NCBI GenBank assembly: GCA_964016885.1
Contig: OZ024745.1
Span: forward strand, 111,786,001-111,850,000
Length of the DNA: 64,000 bases
Reading direction: 5' to 3'
Source of the DNA: Eledone cirrhosa
Lineage: Eukaryota
A program made the position numbers and the translations under genes. Below, piece after piece: positions 25,483-37,437 of the stretch (positions within the stretch are counted from its first letter, which is position 1; the number at the start of each line of letters is the position of its first letter). The notes beneath the pieces were generated by a model. The model searched no databases, had not been told where the DNA came from, and saw only the letters and a list, made by a program, of their open reading frames with translations.

Positions 25483-26326
25483 TGTTGTACTGCTTTTCTG
25501 CTTCTTCAGATTTAGAGTGGAGAGAGGTAGGGGGTTAGCTGTCCTCCTTGTGTTGCTTCATTCCACTTGCATGGGAAGGCAAGTTCTTCATATTACAGAA
25601 TATCGCCAGAACACAGTGCACATTGTGAGAACAACCATCAAAAGAAACAACCCAACTAATGTTTCCATGCAGTTTTCTTGGATATTTCAGTAATTAAGCA
25701 TCTTTGTATTTGACATCATGACTTCATGAAAGAGAAATCATCTAGCGTGGGATTTTATTTAAACCAAAATCTGTAACTTATAAGGAAATTAAGGCTATTG
25801 TATAAGTGATAAGGGTTTGTGAAGTGTATGATCTTCAAAACAAAGTTTCAATTATACTCAATGCTAAGGAGAATTGTATTGTATTTTCTTTGAAATAATG
25901 TTAATGCAAATTCTAAATCATAATCCATTAGTGCAAGGAAGCATATAAGAGTTGAAAAAGGTAAAAATCTCAAGGAAGCCTGATGAAGTTGTATATCCAT
26001 TAATAATTTTGTATTAACAACATTAGGTGCTTTTATTTCACTGATTTTGGTGAGATCATCATCAGCTTTACTGAAGCCATCATCATCACCCCAATGCTAC
26101 CATCACTACCACTGAGTTGTATTTAAAGTATGATAAAGACAAAAATTATATGAGAAGAAAGAATCCATGTTGTTTGATGACCATGGGTAGCTGGAAGACA
26201 AAAACAGGAGCAAAAACGGATTTTGAGCGGTGTAGGCTTTAAGTCGATTTTCTTAGAAATTCACTTTAAATATTTAGGCTGAATATTATCATACGGCAAA
26301 CTCCTTTTTATTTCTTTATTAATCCT

Positions 26327-26581
26327 TTAACCCTTTCATTACTGTATTTCTAATGAAATACACTGCCTACATATTTCAATTAATTTCGGAAATAACCAAA
26401 CATTTGGAGGAATTTAATAAAATAATTAAGTTTTTCATTAATAACTGATATTTAGAACATTACTTAAGACAAATTTCTAAAATATAATTATAATGAAAAG
26501 TTTTGATATAAAAATTTTAAAATGAGTGGTTTTGTATTAAAATCCAAGGCAGTTTCAGACAGGTTGGTATCAATAGAAGTA
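26327..26581. mobile_element. TTAA-CCC (piggyBac-like) MITE, degenerate
   Basis: Starts ttaaccctttc, ends ggttggtatcaatagaagta; related pieces near 26991, 30650-30752, 40020-40120 and 59150-59390. Confidence 0.5.
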
Positions 26582-27552
26582 GCATGTTTGACAGTAGAAG
26601 TTTCATTCTTGTCAAATGTTATCAAATCAGGATCATCGTGGTCGGCTTTCTCTTGAATCTGAGAATTGAATTTATTCTTTGTTGACCGAATCAAAGTAGA
26701 AGAAAGAGCCGTTGACATGAATTTGTTTAAAGTGGACCTTAATTTGCCAGGAAGTGACCCAGATACTTGATTTCATGACCTTCCTTTGCAGCAAATATGG
26801 AATGAGACATGCAGGATCCAGTCAGGAAACTGCAACAGACTGCTGCTGACTCAGTTATAGTTTCAAGTGGCACCATCTGTAGTATGCCCATCATGTGGAT
26901 GAAGAGGGCAAATCAAGATATATTAGGAGTAAGTAAATAAGCCAATCATCAATATTCACTTTAAAATAAATCATTAGCAATGTTGAAATATTAACACTTT
27001 CATTACCTTATTTCTAATGAAATATATCACTCATACACATAGATGATGAACTTCTGAAAAGTTACCACCTCCCATATTTCACTCACAAGGCATTGGTCAA
27101 CCTGTTCAATGCAGTGAGACTTAACCTGAAACCACGTGGTTGGGAAATGAACTTTGTAACCATATAGCCATAACTGTACCTATATACTATATCTATACAA
27201 ACATTAGTTTTATAATTACAATAAAAGAAGACTTTGTTTGCTATCCTTTCAGAATCAATAACACAATTACCAGCTAAATGTTTTGTTTAATTAAATGACT
27301 CAAACCTACATACTCAAATATTTGTGGCCTTGAGTAAAAATTAGAAAGCAATATAGTTGAAAAACAACTTAGCTCAAAAGTCAGATCATCAGACTAACTA
27401 CAGCTTACATATTCATGGGGGTGAACTCCAAAGTTCAGACGGGACTGGAATGTAAGTATGTTTATGCATGTTTGCATGCATATATATATATACACATATG
27501 TAAAATTGCATATATATAGTGAGTGTCAATTACAGTAACTAATGTGTATGTT

Positions 27553-27627
<75 letters not shown>

Positions 27628-27954
27628 CTTCTACATATATATATATATATATATGTAGAAGTTATATTTAATTTGTTGGGATACAACAAGCAAATACTTT
27701 TATAACTGATATAAAGCACTCAACAAATTTTTGGAGTAAAAATACAATATATTAACAAATGGAAACTATATTTATAAAACTATATATATATATATATATA
27801 TATATAGCGAGGGAAAAGTGGTAAGGAACCAGGTGGACCATAACGCACCAAAGTACTCAATACTTAGGGTAGTAGAGTGGGTACAGAATTAGCCGTCGAG
27901 TACAGAATTAGCCGTCGAAACGGCTTGAGCTCAGCCGTCGGGGTCTTACTTACT

Positions 27955-27989
<35 letters not shown>

Positions 27990-27993
<4 letters not shown>

Positions 27994-28618
27994 GTGGAAC
28001 ACTGGAAGGTAATATCCGTAGTGGTAGAGCACTCAGTACATGGGACGAGTTAGGTAGAAGTGGTTGTTCTCAGTATGGTGAACTAACACAACAGTTAGTT
28101 CACCATACTGAGAACAATTGTTTCACCTTAGCGGATCCTCAGCTCGGAATGGGCATGGTTATAGGAACAGGAAGGACAACCGTACGAACGCGCATGCGCA
28201 GAAACCTGGTCAATTCACACAGGCAATACTAGATTGTGTGCGAGAGATGTAAGGGAGATAACTGCGAAAGTCCGGCAAAGTTTTTAGGTTGAAAATAAAA
28301 TTACAAAGAATCAGTCCGGAGCCTTGTAGTTATGCAATAGGTGTTTGGCGACGTGTGGACAACGTGAGAAAAATTCATTTCTCATGTTTAGGCAATCACT
28401 ATTGCGTAATCTCTTTAGAATATTTATTCGTTCATCAATACATAAGCCACACGTCGGATTTCCCCTTGCGTATGGCTTGGACTTAGTGATGGCTTTCCAT
28501 TGAATGGAGTAGTCTATACTTGAGTCCTTGAGGGACCATACGTGGCTGAACGTCTGTCCGGGTACCTGAAGGTACGCAAGGGGAAATCCGACGTGTGGCT
28601 TATGTATTGACGAACGAA

Positions 28619-28622
<4 letters not shown>
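27990..28622 (-). mobile_element. Naiad-like Penelope 3' fragment with intact hammerhead and inverted duplications
   Basis: Homologous to 4520-5020; inverted copy of about 28425-28472 at 28573-28620; perfect 24 bp hairpin at about 28063-28117. Confidence 0.85.
28103..28152 (-). ncRNA. Minimal type I hammerhead ribozyme
   Basis: ccattccgag CTGAGGA tccgctaaggt GAAA caattg TT ctcagtatgg: stem I, short stem II, palindromic stem III. Confidence 0.75.
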
Positions 28623-28671
<49 letters not shown>

Positions 28672-29035
28672 TCATCATCATCGTTTAACGTCCATCTTCC
28701 ATGCTTGCATGGGTTTGGACGGGGTTTGATATATATATATATATATATATATAACGAATCAAAACATCAAATATGTTTAGAATTTCGTTTCTCAATAAGC
28801 AAGCACAATAGACTTTATCTAGAGCCATATTAACCAAAATATTTCTTTATTTGGTTATATATATCTCGTGGCTGAGTGATTAGAGAATTAGATTCCCAAT
28901 CGTGAGGTTGTGAGTTCGATTCCAGGACCACGCGATATGCTATGTCTTTGAACATGACACTTTATTTCAGGTTGCTCCTTCTACCTGAAAACATTGAATC
29001 CGCGATCCGATTTGATGAAAGTCGATGTATATATA

Positions 29036-29213
29036 TAATTATTTCTATTTTTGGCACAAGGCCAGCAATTATCCCAGTGCATTACTGGTACTTCCTTTTA
29101 TCGACTCCGTATGGATGACAGGCAAAGCTAAGCTCGGCGGGATTTGAACTCAGATCGCAAAGGGCCGTAACTCTATGCTGCAAAGCATGGCGTCTGACCC
29201 TCTACCGATACTG
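29036..29213 (-). mobile_element. tRNA-derived SINE (family A)
   Basis: Matches 62834-63017. Confidence 0.85.
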
Positions 29214-29544
29214 CTCATAATACTGTAGAGAGAGACGAACACGGATATATAACTATACGCATTCAAATCACAAGGGACAGAATATATATCTGTGATCGTC
29301 TCTCTTTATTGTATTATAAGGCTCGGAAATATTTTTTCTTCGAGCTATTTTAATTATAGAGGACTATTATGAGTTTTTAACTCAACCTATATATATATAT
29401 ATATATGTAGAGGTTATATTTAATTTGTTGGGATTCGACAAGCTTAAAAAATTTTTTAGAACTGATATAAAGAACTCGACAGATTAGTGGAGTAAATACA
29501 CAATATATTAATAAATGGAAACTATATTTATAAAACCATATTTA

Positions 29545-29606
29545 TTTCATTATACATATTTCAATGGCAACCAAGGCAAATTATGGTGCGCTTTCATCAG
29601 ATAAAA
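29545..29606 (-). ncRNA. Minimal type I hammerhead (left arm of fold-back)
   Basis: ttttat CTGATGA aagcgcacca...tggttgccatt GAAA tatgta TA atgaaa. Confidence 0.65.
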
Positions 29607-29650
29607 CTTTTTCCGGGTATGTCAATATTTATTTATAAAACAAATCTGTA

Positions 29651-29712
29651 TTTTATCTGATGAAAGCGCACCATAATTTGCTTTGGTTGCCCTTGAAATA
29701 TGTATAATAAAA
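29651..29712 (+). ncRNA. Minimal type I hammerhead (right arm of fold-back)
   Basis: ttttat CTGATGA aagcgcacca...tggttgccctt GAAA tatgta TA ataaaa. Confidence 0.7.
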
Positions 29713-29757
29713 TAAATATGGTTTTATAAATATAGTTTCCATTTATTAATATATTGT

Positions 29758-30015
29758 ATCATCATCATTTCATTTTACGTTCGCTTTTTCCCTGCTTGCA
29801 AGGGTGGGATGGGAACTGATTCTAGCTTGATTTCTACAGCTGGATGCCCTTCCTAACACCAGCCTCATTTACAGTGAGTACTGGGTGCTTTTTTGCCGTG
29901 GCACCTCCACGACCACTTTGCAGTGGAATGATAGGGACCCCATTCCCTATCATCTCATTTCTACAGCTGAGTAAACTGGAACAATGTGAAATAAAGTATC
30001 TTGCTCAAGGAAACA

Positions 30016-30017
<2 letters not shown>
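29758..30017 (-). mobile_element. 5'-truncated SINE (family B, RTE tail)
   Basis: Matches 48470-48730. Confidence 0.8.
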
Positions 30018-30070
<53 letters not shown>

Positions 30071-30254
30071 CCTGACATTTGTACATTATTCTATGTACTA
30101 TACATGCACCTTTGATGAGTTGTAGTGCACCTGAGCACTGTACACAATAATTTCATTATTATATATATAACAAAGGAGGTGTGGTAAGGAACCAGATGGA
30201 CCATAACGCACCAGAGTAGTCAATACTTAGGGTATTACCCACTCTACATTTTCC

Positions 30255-30286
<32 letters not shown>

Positions 30287-30854
30287 AATAAAATAACTAC
30301 AAGTAATTAATGTGCAATTGATTATACACCGGTCTCTTATGAAATACTCATTATATTGAGGCAAAATAAAACAATATTAGCTAACATTTGTTTATCTATT
30401 GTTGCTACGATATATCTTTGTCAACTGTATATACAATTAGTATCCGGTTTCATGTAGGCTAATGTGTGTATGTTGTTACATTGAATGTATACATATGTAA
30501 GGGCGATGAATTAAAAATGCCTGTGTTTGTTCTGGCTCACTGAAGTCAAATTTTCCTTTCATCCTTTGGACGTCAATGAATAAAATACTAGTCCAATACT
30601 GCGGTAGATATTTCTCCTCTGGAAGAAATTGGCCGTATTCCGCCAGGTTAGTTATATTGCCTAAGTCTCTCTAAATTCTTTATCATTTTCAAAATTAATT
30701 TAAAATCATGGTATATTTCATCATAAATAAATATTATAATGAAAGGGTTAATCATTTATACACACACCCTTCCTAACTTAAGTTTAGTTATTTTTACATT
30801 AATATTTTGGTAAATTTATAGAAAACATCCCCACCAATATTATCCTTAAACATT

Positions 30855-31352
30855 CTTTCGCCCGGAAAAGGGGGACACTCGGACTTTTCACCAGCTCCCT
30901 TCTCACCTAGTTTTCTTGACCATTTCATTTTCCCTTTTTCTTTATTTTTTTTTCTCTGTGTGCTATATCAACTAATCATACCTCCGAACATGGTGCAAAG
31001 GACTTTTATTCCTGGAAAATGGAAGGGGGGGGGCTCTGACCTTCCCCCTCCAGGAGTTTTCTTTACCCCTAACCACAACTCTAACCCCAAACCCTAACTC
31101 CCGGGAGGGGAGTTTCCAAGGATGCCCCCACAATTTTCCGAGGGAAAAAGTCCTTTGAAGCATGTTTGGAGGGAAGATTAGTTGGTAGCACACGAAACCA
31201 TCGAGGGAAAAGTAGTGGTAACGAAAACCCGGAGGGGGGTGGGGGGTGGGGGGGGGGGGGGGTGAAAAGTCTGAGGGTCCACTGTCTTTTCTGGGAAAAA
31301 AAAGTCCTAAGGACCATATTAGAGGTAAATTTAACTGATAGCACACGAAAAA
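30855..31352. mobile_element. GC-rich fold-back element with CCCTAA-like centre
   Basis: Nested inverted repeats 30858-30900/31261-31300 and 30957-31020/31133-31194. Confidence 0.45.
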
Positions 31353-31587
31353 AGAATTATTTTCCACTGAAATCGGTGGGGTTTTTTTACTATAATAATA
31401 CCAATATTTTTTTTTTTTTTTCAGAGACAACTCATTTTGTTATTTTAATATTAATTTACATCTGCTACATAACCTCACAGTTATGAACTTTCAAGTGGTC
31501 TCTTTCGTCTGATTTTCTTTGTTTTACTTTTCACTCTTCCTCTTTTTATATACATCATGCTTCAGGCCAGAATGCCTGACATTATTT

Positions 31588-31772
31588 TTGCCTTTCATCC
31601 TTATGGGGTCGATAAAATAAAGTACCAGTAATGTACTGGATAATTGCTGGCCTTGTACCAAAAGTAGAAACAATTATTTTAGTATGCCTTTCATCCTAAC
31701 GGGGTCGATAAAATAAAGTACCAGTAATGTACTGAATAATTGTTGGCCTTGTGCCAAAAGTAGAAATAATTA
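31588..31772 (+). mobile_element. Tandem pair of SINE A 3' halves
   Basis: Two copies of tgcctttcatcc...aaagtagaaa(c/t)aatta. Confidence 0.8.
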
Positions 31773-32144
31773 CTTTAGTACTCTTCCCCCATTAAGTCAT
31801 AAGAGCAGCACTTCATGATTTGAAAGAGGAAAGTAGATTAAATTGACTCCAGTACTGAACTGGTGTTTTATTTTTTGGAAGAGGCTATGTAGCCGGTGAG
31901 AGTGTCAGACACCATGAGTTAGGGCCCGAGTAAGACAATTTGAAATTTTTTCAACCATCAATTGTTAAAAAACAAGATAAAATCATTTAGTTGTCCATTC
32001 GTAACGTTTGTTACGCTTTAATTACATACACACACATCTACATGTAAATACATAAACAGATACAGACAACAGAAGGCAGGGGCTGGTGAAACGCTATAGC
32101 GATGTGTGTTGCGTCCTTTTATGGTTTACCGGTTACATAGCCTA

Positions 32145-32600
32145 TTCGTTATTTTATCGAAGGATAAAAGGCAAAGTTGACCACGGTAAGAATAGAACTC
32201 AGAACAGAGCGCCAGTATAAATACCGCAAAACATTTGTCCGAAGCTGCAGCGATTCTGCTAATCTACCACATTATGTGTATGTAATAATTGTTTCTACTT
32301 TTTGGCACAAGGCCAGCAATTACTCAGTGTATTACTGGTACTTTATTTTATCGACCCCGTAAGGATGAAAGGCAAAGTTAACCTCGGCGGGATTTGAACT
32401 CAGACCGTAAAGGGACGTAACTCTATACTTCAAAGCATGGTGTCAGACTCTCTACCGATAGTAATTTAGGTATGGGCGTGAGGGGAGAGTCGATTGAATC
32501 ACTCCCAATGCTTGGTTGGTACTTTTTTTTTTATATCGAACTCGGAAGGAGTTAAGTTGACCTCGTTGGGGTTTGAAATCAGAACAAAGAGCCGGAATGA
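32145..32600 (-). mobile_element. Cluster of three SINE A-related copies (best 32286-32460)
   Basis: Matches 62834-63017. Confidence 0.75.
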
Positions 32601-33120
32601 TATCAAAATAAGGTATAATTGTAGACTCGATACCGACTTTTACACGACAGGTATAATACTAGTTCAGTACTACCGACTTTTGTTCCTAAAAATTAAATTT
32701 TACAGAGATACATTCTATGAAAAAAATTAAAACGTTATTAGAAAAAAACAATAACTAAGTCGTTGTCAACATATTCGTATGTTGATGTCTCTCCCCCCTT
32801 CTTGTACTATCGTTTCAATCCTCTAAAGAAATGCCCCTAAGAAAACATTATCTATGAATCGGCAAAGGATTTATTGCTTAAAATGGGTCAAGGATTTACT
32901 GCTAGAAGCAGAAAAATAACTTTCATGTTTTTTTATCTGCCCTATGCTATCGTGATGTGGCAGTAAAAGTAAAAATGTAGTTGAACAACATGCCACTACA
33001 GATAAACATAACATTCATATTGTTAGCATGCCATGATTTTTCTCCCCAACTTAGAATGACAAAAATATGGCGACAGATCTGCAAAAAAAAAAATGTATCA
33101 TGCTGTGAAGTATTATTCAT

Positions 33121-33286
33121 GGTAGAGGGTTGGACGCCATGCTTTCTAGCATAGTTACGTCCTTTACAGTCTGAGTTCAAATCCCGCCGAGGTTAACTTT
33201 GCCTTTCATCCTTATAGGGTCGATAAAATAAAGTACCAGTAATGTACTGGTAATTGCTGACCTTGTGCCTAAAGTAGAAACAATTA
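33121..33286 (+). mobile_element. SINE A
   Basis: B box GAGTTCAAATCC and family tail. Confidence 0.85.
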
Positions 33287-33419
33287 TCATTCATACAGAT
33301 GAGGATGCTTCTTTGTTTCTAGGGTCGCACGAAAAATGTTTACCTTGTTGAAAGTGAATGCAAAAGCGTTTTTCTAAACAAAAAAAGCGAGTGTTTTCCT
33401 AAAACAAAAAAGAAACCTT

Positions 33420-33580
33420 TTTCGCCCACTTATTCCTGAGAGGGTCGTGGGGGCAGAATCCTCAATCACTTTTCAGCAGGTCTTGTCTGAAGTAACCGTA
33501 ACCAGTTGATCTGGCTGGATCTCCATGCGAGACTAGCCGAGCTCATGGATGTTACCCAGCCATCTTGCTCGGAGTCTGTT
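33420..33580 (-). mobile_element. RTE family C extreme 3' end
   Basis: Matches 6212-6370. Confidence 0.8.
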
Positions 33581-33726
33581 CAGTGAAGATGATACAATTA
33601 AATTTAAGCGCTCAACGACATGTGTTTTCTTCCAAATATAATTTGTTAGTCGGTGACGGTGTATATGTACAATAAGGATAATTACGAAGGTCAGATGTAG
33701 ATGTTTAAAATGTCTTTATTCAAAAA

Positions 33727-33807
33727 GCTGTGATACATATTTCAATGGCGATCATGGCTACATGATGCTTTGATCATGAAACCGGTAATGCTACTTCATC
33801 AGACAGC
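33727..33807 (-). ncRNA. Type I hammerhead with extended stem II
   Basis: gctgt CTGATGA agtagc...gccatt GAAA tatgta TC acagc; perfect 5-bp stem I. Confidence 0.65.
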
Positions 33808-34777
33808 ATCTTATGTTTCCAATGCAATACAAGCTAAAAGACAAGAAAACACACAAATATGGTGTTTATATATAAGGAGTAAACCAAAACAAGTTAATAA
33901 AAATTAATATTTTCAAGTTCAATGTGTTTATGTCATCATTGATAGAAATTTAGAAGAAATAAGCGACACATAATAACACAATAAACTGAGATATCAATAG
34001 ATTTCTTAAACCATTTAAAAGCTTTACAAATGATTAATACGTGTTATTCAATTAATGCTCATGTTAATACAATTTAGTAAAGGAAATAGGCAAATATATG
34101 CTGAGTGTAACAAAGCCTTATCATATATTGTGCATCTTCAGTGAGGCCAAAGGGAAAAAAATCAAAACTAAAGAAAATATATTATAATCATGATGTTTCC
34201 TATAAAAATAATATTCATGGAACCTTAGAGATATAATACACAAAAATATACAATCAAAACGAAAAAAGTTTCTTTCTAGTTTTTTTTATCTAACCAATGG
34301 GTCATTTGTTTATCTACATCAGTGGTTCCCAAACATAATTTGTCGCTGTATCTTTATGCAATTCTTTTTTCAAAAACCACGGAACCCATGCCTATATTTT
34401 ATGGACAATCCCCACCACTTCCAATTTAGTAAGACATTAAATAAATAATAAAACAGCAGTTTTGAAAGAGAATTTATTCATATAAGAAAAACAAAAACAA
34501 AACTAAAAAATATATACAGGGGCGGTGGAAGCATTTCTGATTTTTTTTTTTTTTTTGTCAATTTAGTTGTAGTGATCAGTTTAGCTCTTTACACTCGAAA
34601 ATGGTAAGAAAACTTCGATATTCAATAAACATAACATGAAACAAATTGTTGCGCATATCCAAATAGATGTGTTTTGGTAGTTTGGGGAGAAGATATATAA
34701 TTATTGGGGGTGGAGGGTGTCAATGATATTAATAAATGGAAACTATATTTATAAAACCATATGTATTCTATTATGTG

Positions 34778-34910
34778 ACGGCCCTTTATGGTCTGAGTTC
34801 AAATCCTGCCGAGGTTAACTTTGCCTTTCATCCTTATGGGGTCGATAAAATAAAGTACCAGTAATACACTGGCATAATTGTTGGCCTTGTGCCAAAAGTA
34901 GAAACAATTA
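34778..34910 (+). mobile_element. SINE A, 5'-truncated
   Basis: Family match. Confidence 0.85.
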
Positions 34911-35641
34911 TATAATAAAAAGCTGTTTATTTAAAGTGTTTATCTATTTCATATTTTCTCCTTTCTGATATATATACACCACAGTAGCCAGCTCATCAGG
35001 TCATACTATCTTCAGTAGCAATGTCCAGCATATATTGTCTTCCACTCCCTAGTTATCTACAACAACTACAACGGTATGCGATGGGGCCCACCCACAGCCC
35101 CGGCGGACAGAATGGAGAAGGCGTTTCCCCGGAGGACGGCGATGGAGACGCGCTGGAAGAGCCACTCCAACTCGCGGGGCTCGCACCTGCGGCTGGTCAG
35201 CTCAGCGCCTATGGTGGTGAGTAAGGAGGTAGCCCTGGGGCCGAGGACACCAGAAGTTTCCACTGCCAAGGGTACGACCGCAAACCTGTCGGAGAGCGAC
35301 CAGTATTTGAGGAGTTTGGCCCCCCTCAGCCCGACGTGCAGCAGAATCTTGGTCAGTCGCAGACTGCAACAGGTTGCGGCTGCAGAAAGTGTCGGTGCAA
35401 GTGGCATCACAGACGAGGGGTTTGCCACCGCGGAACGGGAAGATGGTCATGCCATCTGGCCTTTTGCCGTCCTTTCGATCCAGCCCCACCGGCTCGAGCT
35501 GGGAAGGGAAGCCTGCAGCGTTCAAGCCACGCTTAATGACCTCGTTGAGGGCAGCATGGCGTGGAATGCGGCCAGCACTGTGGCGACAGGAAAGCAGGTG
35601 GAGGCCGAAAGAGTCCACGGTGGAACCGCAGCGACATTGGT
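34911..35641 (-). mobile_element. CRE-clade non-LTR 3' end (zinc knuckle + RLE), one frameshift
   Basis: CRCG...GLHLLSC...RHAALN...KRPDG...DATCTDT; then KLLKY...PLAVETSG...WLFQRVSIAVLRGNA; GC-rich. Confidence 0.88.
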
Positions 35642-35845
35642 GTATATATTTCAAGGGTACCAAAACTTTGGTACGCTCTCATCAGATGAAATACAAAATT
35701 TGTTTTATAAATAGTGACATACCCAGGAATCAGACCTTAACAGTTCAGGTTATAAATATATTTGCGGAATTACCAACAAATTAAATATCTCTTTACTTAT
35801 ACATATATATATATATTTATTTATTAATTATGGCTATTGGTGGGC

Positions 35846-35937
35846 TGTGGTACTCTAAAGTTTCACCCGTGCACTCACGGGATCACCAGTCATGTCTGCT
35901 GATCCTGTAAGTACACAAGTGAAACTCTAGAGTAACA
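35846..35937. repeat. Back-to-back pair of decayed hammerhead motifs
   Basis: Minus CTGGTGA tcccgtgagtgcacgggt GAAA ctttagag TA; plus CTGCTGA tcctgtaagtacacaagt GAAA ctctagag TA. Confidence 0.55.
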
Positions 35938-36159
35938 AGGCACATAATAAATGAATATTTAAACTCTACTTCGGTATTGAGTTTTAATTCTTACGTCCGT
36001 CAATAATTCACGTACTCCCATGTCTAATTATTTTATTTTACATTAAAAAACATTATATACGACAAAAAAAAAAAAGAACATTACAAGAAATCTCATATAT
36101 AAATGTAAACTATACAACCACCGATTTCCAAAGACCCCTCCCATTCCCACATCTATTAT

Positions 36160-37437
36160 TTGGGACCCTCTCTATGTCCACTACACGGCACTCTCCCATT
36201 ATCCTTTCTCTATATCTACAACCACCAAATTCTCCCCATCTCTATATCTAACATACAAAACACTCTCCCAATCTCCCTCTTTATATGAATCATCTCTAAC
36301 CTCTCGCCATCTCTATCACACTCTCTCGTAATCGTTCGCTCTCTACCCAGCACAAACTCCCTCCTCTATATCTTTTCACCCTCTCTATATTTAGAAATAT
36401 TTATTTCTCCCAATCCCCTCATTATATCTATAAGCATTGACATCTACACCTCTATATCTACAATACGACACTATCCCTCCCAACCCCACTCTATATATCA
36501 ATTATCACCAAACTATCGCCATCTCTATATCTACCATATAACACTCTCTCTCATTCCCTCTCACTACCAAACTCTTCCCCTCTCCATATCTACTACGCGG
36601 GACTCTCTTCCAATCCCCCTCTCTATATCTAATATACAACACACTTTCCCACCCCCTCACTATATCAATTACCACCAAACTATCTCCTTCTCTATATCTA
36701 CTATACAACACTCTCCATCACTACCAAACTCTTCCCCTCTCTATATTTATCAATACCTATCTCTATCAATCCTGTTACTCTATTCATTACCACAAAACTC
36801 TCACCCTCTCTATATCTACTACATGGAACTCTCTTCCAATACTCCTCTCTATATCAATTTACACCAAACTACTCGGTACGCTCTTCTAACTCCCCTCACT
36901 ATATCAATTAACACCAAACTCTCGCTCTCTGTGTATCTACTAAGTGGAACTCTCTTACCAATCCCCCTCTCTATATCAATAAACATCAATCTCTCCCCCT
37001 CTGTGTCTAATATAAAACATACTCTCCCAACCGCCCTCACTCTATCAATTACCACCAAACTATCCCCCTCTCTATATCTACCATACAACACTCTCATTCC
37101 CTCTCACTCTATCCATCACTACCAAACGCCCCCCCCCCCCCCCTCTTTACATCAACCATACAACACTCTATCGCAATCCCCCTCTCTATATATCAATTAA
37201 CACCCAACTCTCCCTCTCTCTATATCTACTACACGGAACTCTCTTCCAATCCCTCCTCTATACCAATCAACACCAAACTCTTCCCCTCTCTATATCTACT
37301 ACACGCTCTTTCAATACCCCTCTCTATATCAATTAACACCAATCTCTCCCCCTCTTTATATTTTATACACAACACATTCTCCCAACCTTCCTCTCTATAT
37401 CAATTACCACGAAACTCTTCCCCTCTTTATATCTGTA
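36160..37437. repeat. Pyrimidine-rich minisatellite, ~65-70 bp unit
   Basis: Repeats of ctctctatatctac...ctcttccaatccccctctctatatcaattaccaccaaactctccc. Confidence 0.88.

Noticed and set aside
26488-26718. 76-aa ORF as a host exon
   Set aside because: Runs into a MITE, has an upstream in-frame stop and no recognisable domain
28865-28945. tRNA gene
   Set aside because: A and B boxes run into the SINE B body; no convincing acceptor stem or terminator
31067-31098. Interstitial telomere
   Set aside because: Only a few degenerate hexamers inside a fold-back element
35630-35660. Template-switch chimera joining a cleaved hammerhead RNA to CRE
   Set aside because: The rest of the pLTR is at 34721-34774, so simple insertion explains it
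35076-35784. Plus-strand ORFs of 212 and 136 aa
   Set aside because: Antisense shadows of the GC-rich CRE coding strand
36160-37437. CRISPR-like array
   Set aside because: Degenerate tandem units without unique spacers, in eukaryotic DNA
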